From the NCBI GenBank assembly GCA_038213805.1, contig JBBQSO010000053.1, positions 1-36,605 on the forward strand: DNA of 36,605 nt. The letters run 5' to 3'. Numbering within the stretch: the first letter of the stretch is position 1; each line of letters begins with the position of its first letter. Below, in pieces: positions 33,716 through 36,605 of this stretch. The position numbers were made by a program, and so were the translations under genes. The notes beneath the pieces are model-generated. The model saw only the letters and a list, made by a program, of their open reading frames with translations. It ran no database searches and had not been told where the DNA came from. Source of the DNA: Planctomycetota bacterium (GTDB lineage: Bacteria; Planctomycetota; UBA11346).

Positions 33716-34879
33716 ATGATCGCACGCCTGCTCTCCGTCACCAGCCGCGCCGGCCTCGGCCTGGTCCTCGCCGCCAGTGGCGCGCGTCTGACCGCCGCCG
33801 ACGTCCCGAGCCGCGCCCAGGTCGAAGGCCTGATCGCCTCGACGACGCGCTGGATCATCGCCCAGCAGCAGCCCGACGGTGCGCTGGTGCCGGGCCGGCT
33901 GTTCCCCTTCGGCATCACCGAGATGGCGCTGGTCGCGCTCGCCGGCCAGCCCATGGCGCTGGCCGCGGACGAACACCACATGGCACTCGCGCTGACCTAC
34001 ATCAACCGCCAGCGCCAGCCCGATGGCGGCGTGTACATCGCCGACGAGGGCCTGGGCAACTACACCACCTCGCTGGCACTGATGGTGTGGAGCGCCACCG
34101 GCACCGGCGAGCCGGCCGCGGTCAAGCGCGCGCAGGAGTACCTGCTCGGCATCCAGAACACCACGCCCGGCGATCTCGGCGAGGGCGGCATCGGCTACGG
34201 TGACAAGGGCAAGGGTCACGAGGACCTGTCCAACACCAGCTACGCCCTCGAAGCGCTGCGCGGGTCAGGCGTGCCCGCCGCCGATCCCCACCTGCAGGCG
34301 GCGATGAAATTCCTCGAGCGCTGCCAGGACCTCTCCGCCGTGAACAAGCAGCCGTGGGTGGGCACCGCCGGCGCGGTCGGCGGCGGCGCGGTCTACGGCC
34401 CCGCCGACGCCAACGGCAGCTGGGAGAAGCATGACCCGACCCAGGCCGAGAAATTCACCTCCAGTGGGACCATGACCTACTCGCTGATCTCCAGCTACCT
34501 GACCCTCGACCTGGCGCCCGAGGACGAGCGCGTCAAGGCGGCGCTCGCGTGGGTGCGCAGCGCCTACCAGTTCGAGGCCAATCCCGGCATGGCCGCGGGC
34601 AAGGAACGCCAGGGTCTGTTCCACTACTACACCTTGATGGCCCGCACCCTCGCGCGCCTCAAGATGAAGACTTTCGAAGTCCCCGGCGGCCGCACCGTCG
34701 ACTGGCGCGCCGATCTCTTCGCGGCCATCGTCGCGCGCCAGCAGACCACCACCCTCGCCGATGGCACCACCGCCACGTGGTGGCTCAACGACGAGAAGCG
34801 CTGGCTGGAGGGCACGGCGCATCTCACCACCGCCTACATGCTGCGCGCGCTTAAAGCGATCGCGGCGTCGGTGGAGTGA
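33716..34879 (+). CDS. Exported prenyltransferase/squalene-oxidase repeat protein
   Basis: Signal peptide; QQPDG and RQPDGG repeats, NYTTS, GGIGYG..DLSNT..ALEAL, FLERCQ, GGAVY, MTY, GLFHYY. GGAG RBS. Confidence 0.85.
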   Translation: MIARLLSVTSRAGLGLVLAASGARLTAADVPSRAQVEGLIASTTRWIIAQQQPDGALVPGRLFPFGITEMALVALAGQPMALAADEHHMALALTYINRQRQPDGGVYIADEGLGNYTTSLALMVWSATGTGEPAAVKRAQEYLLGIQNTTPGDLGEGGIGYGDKGKGHEDLSNTSYALEALRGSGVPAADPHLQAAMKFLERCQDLSAVNKQPWVGTAGAVGGGAVYGPADANGSWEKHDPTQAEKFTSSGTMTYSLISSYLTLDLAPEDERVKAALAWVRSAYQFEANPGMAAGKERQGLFHYYTLMARTLARLKMKTFEVPGGRTVDWRADLFAAIVARQQTTTLADGTTATWWLNDEKRWLEGTAHLTTAYMLRALKAIAASVE

Positions 34880-34881
34880 CC

Positions 34882-35250
34882 ATGCGCGCGCTCCTGCTGC
34901 TGCTCATCGCCCTGGCTCTACCCTGCGCCGCACACGCGGCCGACGACCCGGCCAGCCACACGGTGCAAGCGCTCGGCGTGTCCGCGTCGCTGGTCGTCGA
35001 TGCACCCCTCACCGCCTCCACAGTCATCCCCGGCTTCGTGCGCGCGCACGGTGCCCAGGTCGACTGGCAATTCGAAGCCGAGGACCTGCGCTCGGTCCAC
35101 CGCAGCAGCGACACCCCGAACCATACCATCCTGGTCGTGCAGACCGCGCTGGTGATGGGCCGCAACGACACCTTCATCTTTGTTCCGGACACGGTGATGT
35201 CCTACGACCAGGTGCTGAAATTCGTCGCCGAGATCAAGCGCCCGCGCTGA
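34882..35250 (+). CDS. Small exported hypothetical protein
   Basis: Classical signal peptide MRALLLLLIALALPCAAHA; starts 2 nt after the upstream stop. Confidence 0.75.
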   Translation: MRALLLLLIALALPCAAHAADDPASHTVQALGVSASLVVDAPLTASTVIPGFVRAHGAQVDWQFEAEDLRSVHRSSDTPNHTILVVQTALVMGRNDTFIFVPDTVMSYDQVLKFVAEIKRPR

Positions 35251-36147
35251 TCACCCGTGTTCGTAGCCTGCCCAGTCGAGCGGTACCATGCGCCCGCGCG
35301 TGTCTTCGCGCCAGGAGCCAGGCTCTGCGAGCAGCCAGCCGACCGTGGTCAGCGGCCGCGGAAACGGCCAGGCGAGCTGGAGCGTCGGCCACTGCTCGGC
35401 AGCGATCGCGGCGAGCAGTTCGAAGTCCTCCCCCTCGCAGCAGGCGGCGCGCGCCTGATCTGAGAACAGCGGCACGTCAGCGTGTACCGGCACCTGGGCC
35501 GGCAGCAGCAGCACGCCACATCCGCTGGCTTCGGCAAGCTTGGGCGCATCGGCGGCGAGGCCGTCGCTGAGATCCATCATGGCGTGCGCCAAGCCGTGCG
35601 CGGCGAGCCACTGGCCCTCGGCGAAGCGCGGCTCGGGGCGCAGGTGCCGACCGGAGGCGAGGCTGCCGCCGAGCGGACCGGTCACCACCAGCAGGTCGCC
35701 GACCTGCCCGCCGCTGCGTCGCAGCAGGCGGCCGGGGGCGCCAGCCTGGGCGACCGCTTCGCCCCACACCGTGACGCTGATGACCAGGTGCTCGCCGCCG
35801 GTGGTGTCGCCGCCGAGCAACGGACAGGCATGGCGCTCGAGCTCTGCGATCAGGCCCTCCATCAGCGCACGCCCATCCCAGGTCGTGGGACAGGTCAATG
35901 CCACCACCGCGCCGACCGGCCGCGCGCCCATCGCGGCAAGGTCGGAGAGCGCCGCACCCGCCGCCTTGCGCCCGACCAGGCCGGGCTGCTCGCCGGCCAG
36001 GAAATGGCGGCCTTCGACGATGGTGTCGACGCTCAGACAGGTCGGCCCGCCCGGCGTCCAGATGCAGCAGTCGTCGCCGATGCCGAGCATCCCCTGCGGG
36101 TCGCCCACGCGTGCACGCAGCGCGCGGATGAGGTCATGCTCGCGCAT
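35251..36147 (-). CDS. thiL: Thiamine-monophosphate kinase
   Basis: GIGDDC, DTIVEGRHF, LSDLAAMGARP, GGDTT, RSGG..GD, DLSDGL, GEDFELL. Confidence 0.95.
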   Translation of the reverse strand: MREHDLIRALRARVGDPQGMLGIGDDCCIWTPGGPTCLSVDTIVEGRHFLAGEQPGLVGRKAAGAALSDLAAMGARPVGAVVALTCPTTWDGRALMEGLIAELERHACPLLGGDTTGGEHLVISVTVWGEAVAQAGAPGRLLRRSGGQVGDLLVVTGPLGGSLASGRHLRPEPRFAEGQWLAAHGLAHAMMDLSDGLAADAPKLAEASGCGVLLLPAQVPVHADVPLFSDQARAACCEGEDFELLAAIAAEQWPTLQLAWPFPRPLTTVGWLLAEPGSWREDTRGRMVPLDWAGYEHG

Positions 36148-36158
36148 CAGCGGCCGGC

Positions 36159-36380
36159 TCAGCCGGCTTTGGCGACCGGCGCGACGACCGCGATCGCCAG
36201 GTCCTTGCGCCGCGCGATGATCTGTCCGCGCAACTCTTCGACCCGGCGCTCCAACTCGGCGACGCGCGCGGGCCGCGACGGATAGACGGGATGGTGCAGC
36301 TCGTTGAGCGCGAAGAGCTGCGCGCGCAGTTCGTCCTGCAGCGACTCGAGGACCGGATCGTGGTCGGGCGGCGTGGTCAT
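36159..36380 (-). CDS. Small helical (coiled-coil) hypothetical protein
   Basis: 73 aa with amphipathic heptads and GC3-rich codons; ends 11 nt before the thiL start. Confidence 0.65.
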   Translation of the reverse strand: MTTPPDHDPVLESLQDELRAQLFALNELHHPVYPSRPARVAELERRVEELRGQIIARRKDLAIAVVAPVAKAG

Positions 36381-36423
36381 GGCTGCGGATAGTCGGCAGG
36401 GGACGGGGCGGTCAAGGCATGGG

Positions 36424-36521
36424 TGGCTGATGGCTGATGGCTGATGGCTGATGGCTGATGGCTGATGGCTGATGGCTGATGGCTGATGGCTGATGGCTGA
36501 TGGCTGATGGCTGATGGCTGA
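36424..36521. repeat. 14 perfect tandem copies of TGGCTGA
   Basis: Direct count: 98 bp. Confidence 0.97.
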
Positions 36522-36568
36522 CTTGAAACACTGACACCGGCGCTTCGCGCCGGTGTCAGTGTTTCAAG
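36522..36568. repeat. Perfect 22-bp inverted repeat with 3-nt loop
   Basis: cttgaaacactgacaccggcgc-ttc-gcgccggtgtcagtgtttcaag. Confidence 0.95.
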
Positions 36569-36605
36569 CTACCTGCCTGTTGCGCTCAGAATTCATGAAT
36601 GGTAC

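Noticed and set aside
25172..34879. Terpene/hopanoid biosynthetic cluster suggested by two prenyltransferase-repeat genes
   Set aside because: Both lack DxDD, are single-barrel and exported or anchored, and no isoprenoid pathway genes are nearby.
36424..36568. Possible CRISPR array
   Set aside because: Units are contiguous 7-mers with no spacers, and there are no cas genes in the window.

Overview
High-GC bacterial chromosomal window, probably Planctomycetota. This is inferred from a planctomycete-type cytochrome c domain protein, two prenyltransferase/squalene-oxidase-repeat proteins and a DWG-type membrane Ser/Thr kinase. About 30 credible CDSs: housekeeping genes (partial rsgA, dnaG-rpoD, nnrD, thiL), common metabolic genes (LOG family, two Gfo/Idh/MocA, LigB/DODA dioxygenase, YheT-like hydrolase, dctA, dienelactone hydrolase) and a probable L-fuconate catabolic operon (FAH hydrolase, fucD, extended SDR). 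No rRNA, tRNA, CRISPR, transposase or integrase was recognised. Main points of interest: (1) a two-gene signalling module, class III cyclase-pseudokinase-FHA followed by an intact membrane kinase with a long TPR-like array; (2) a three-domain NifU that has lost most scaffold cysteines, upstream of dnaG-rpoD; (3) a recurring intergenic pattern of 7/8-nt tandem repeats abutting hairpins, often with a GCGC-NNN-GCGC core; (4) an apparent ATC start codon behind a FadR-type operator. All calls come from reading motifs by eye; no searches were run.
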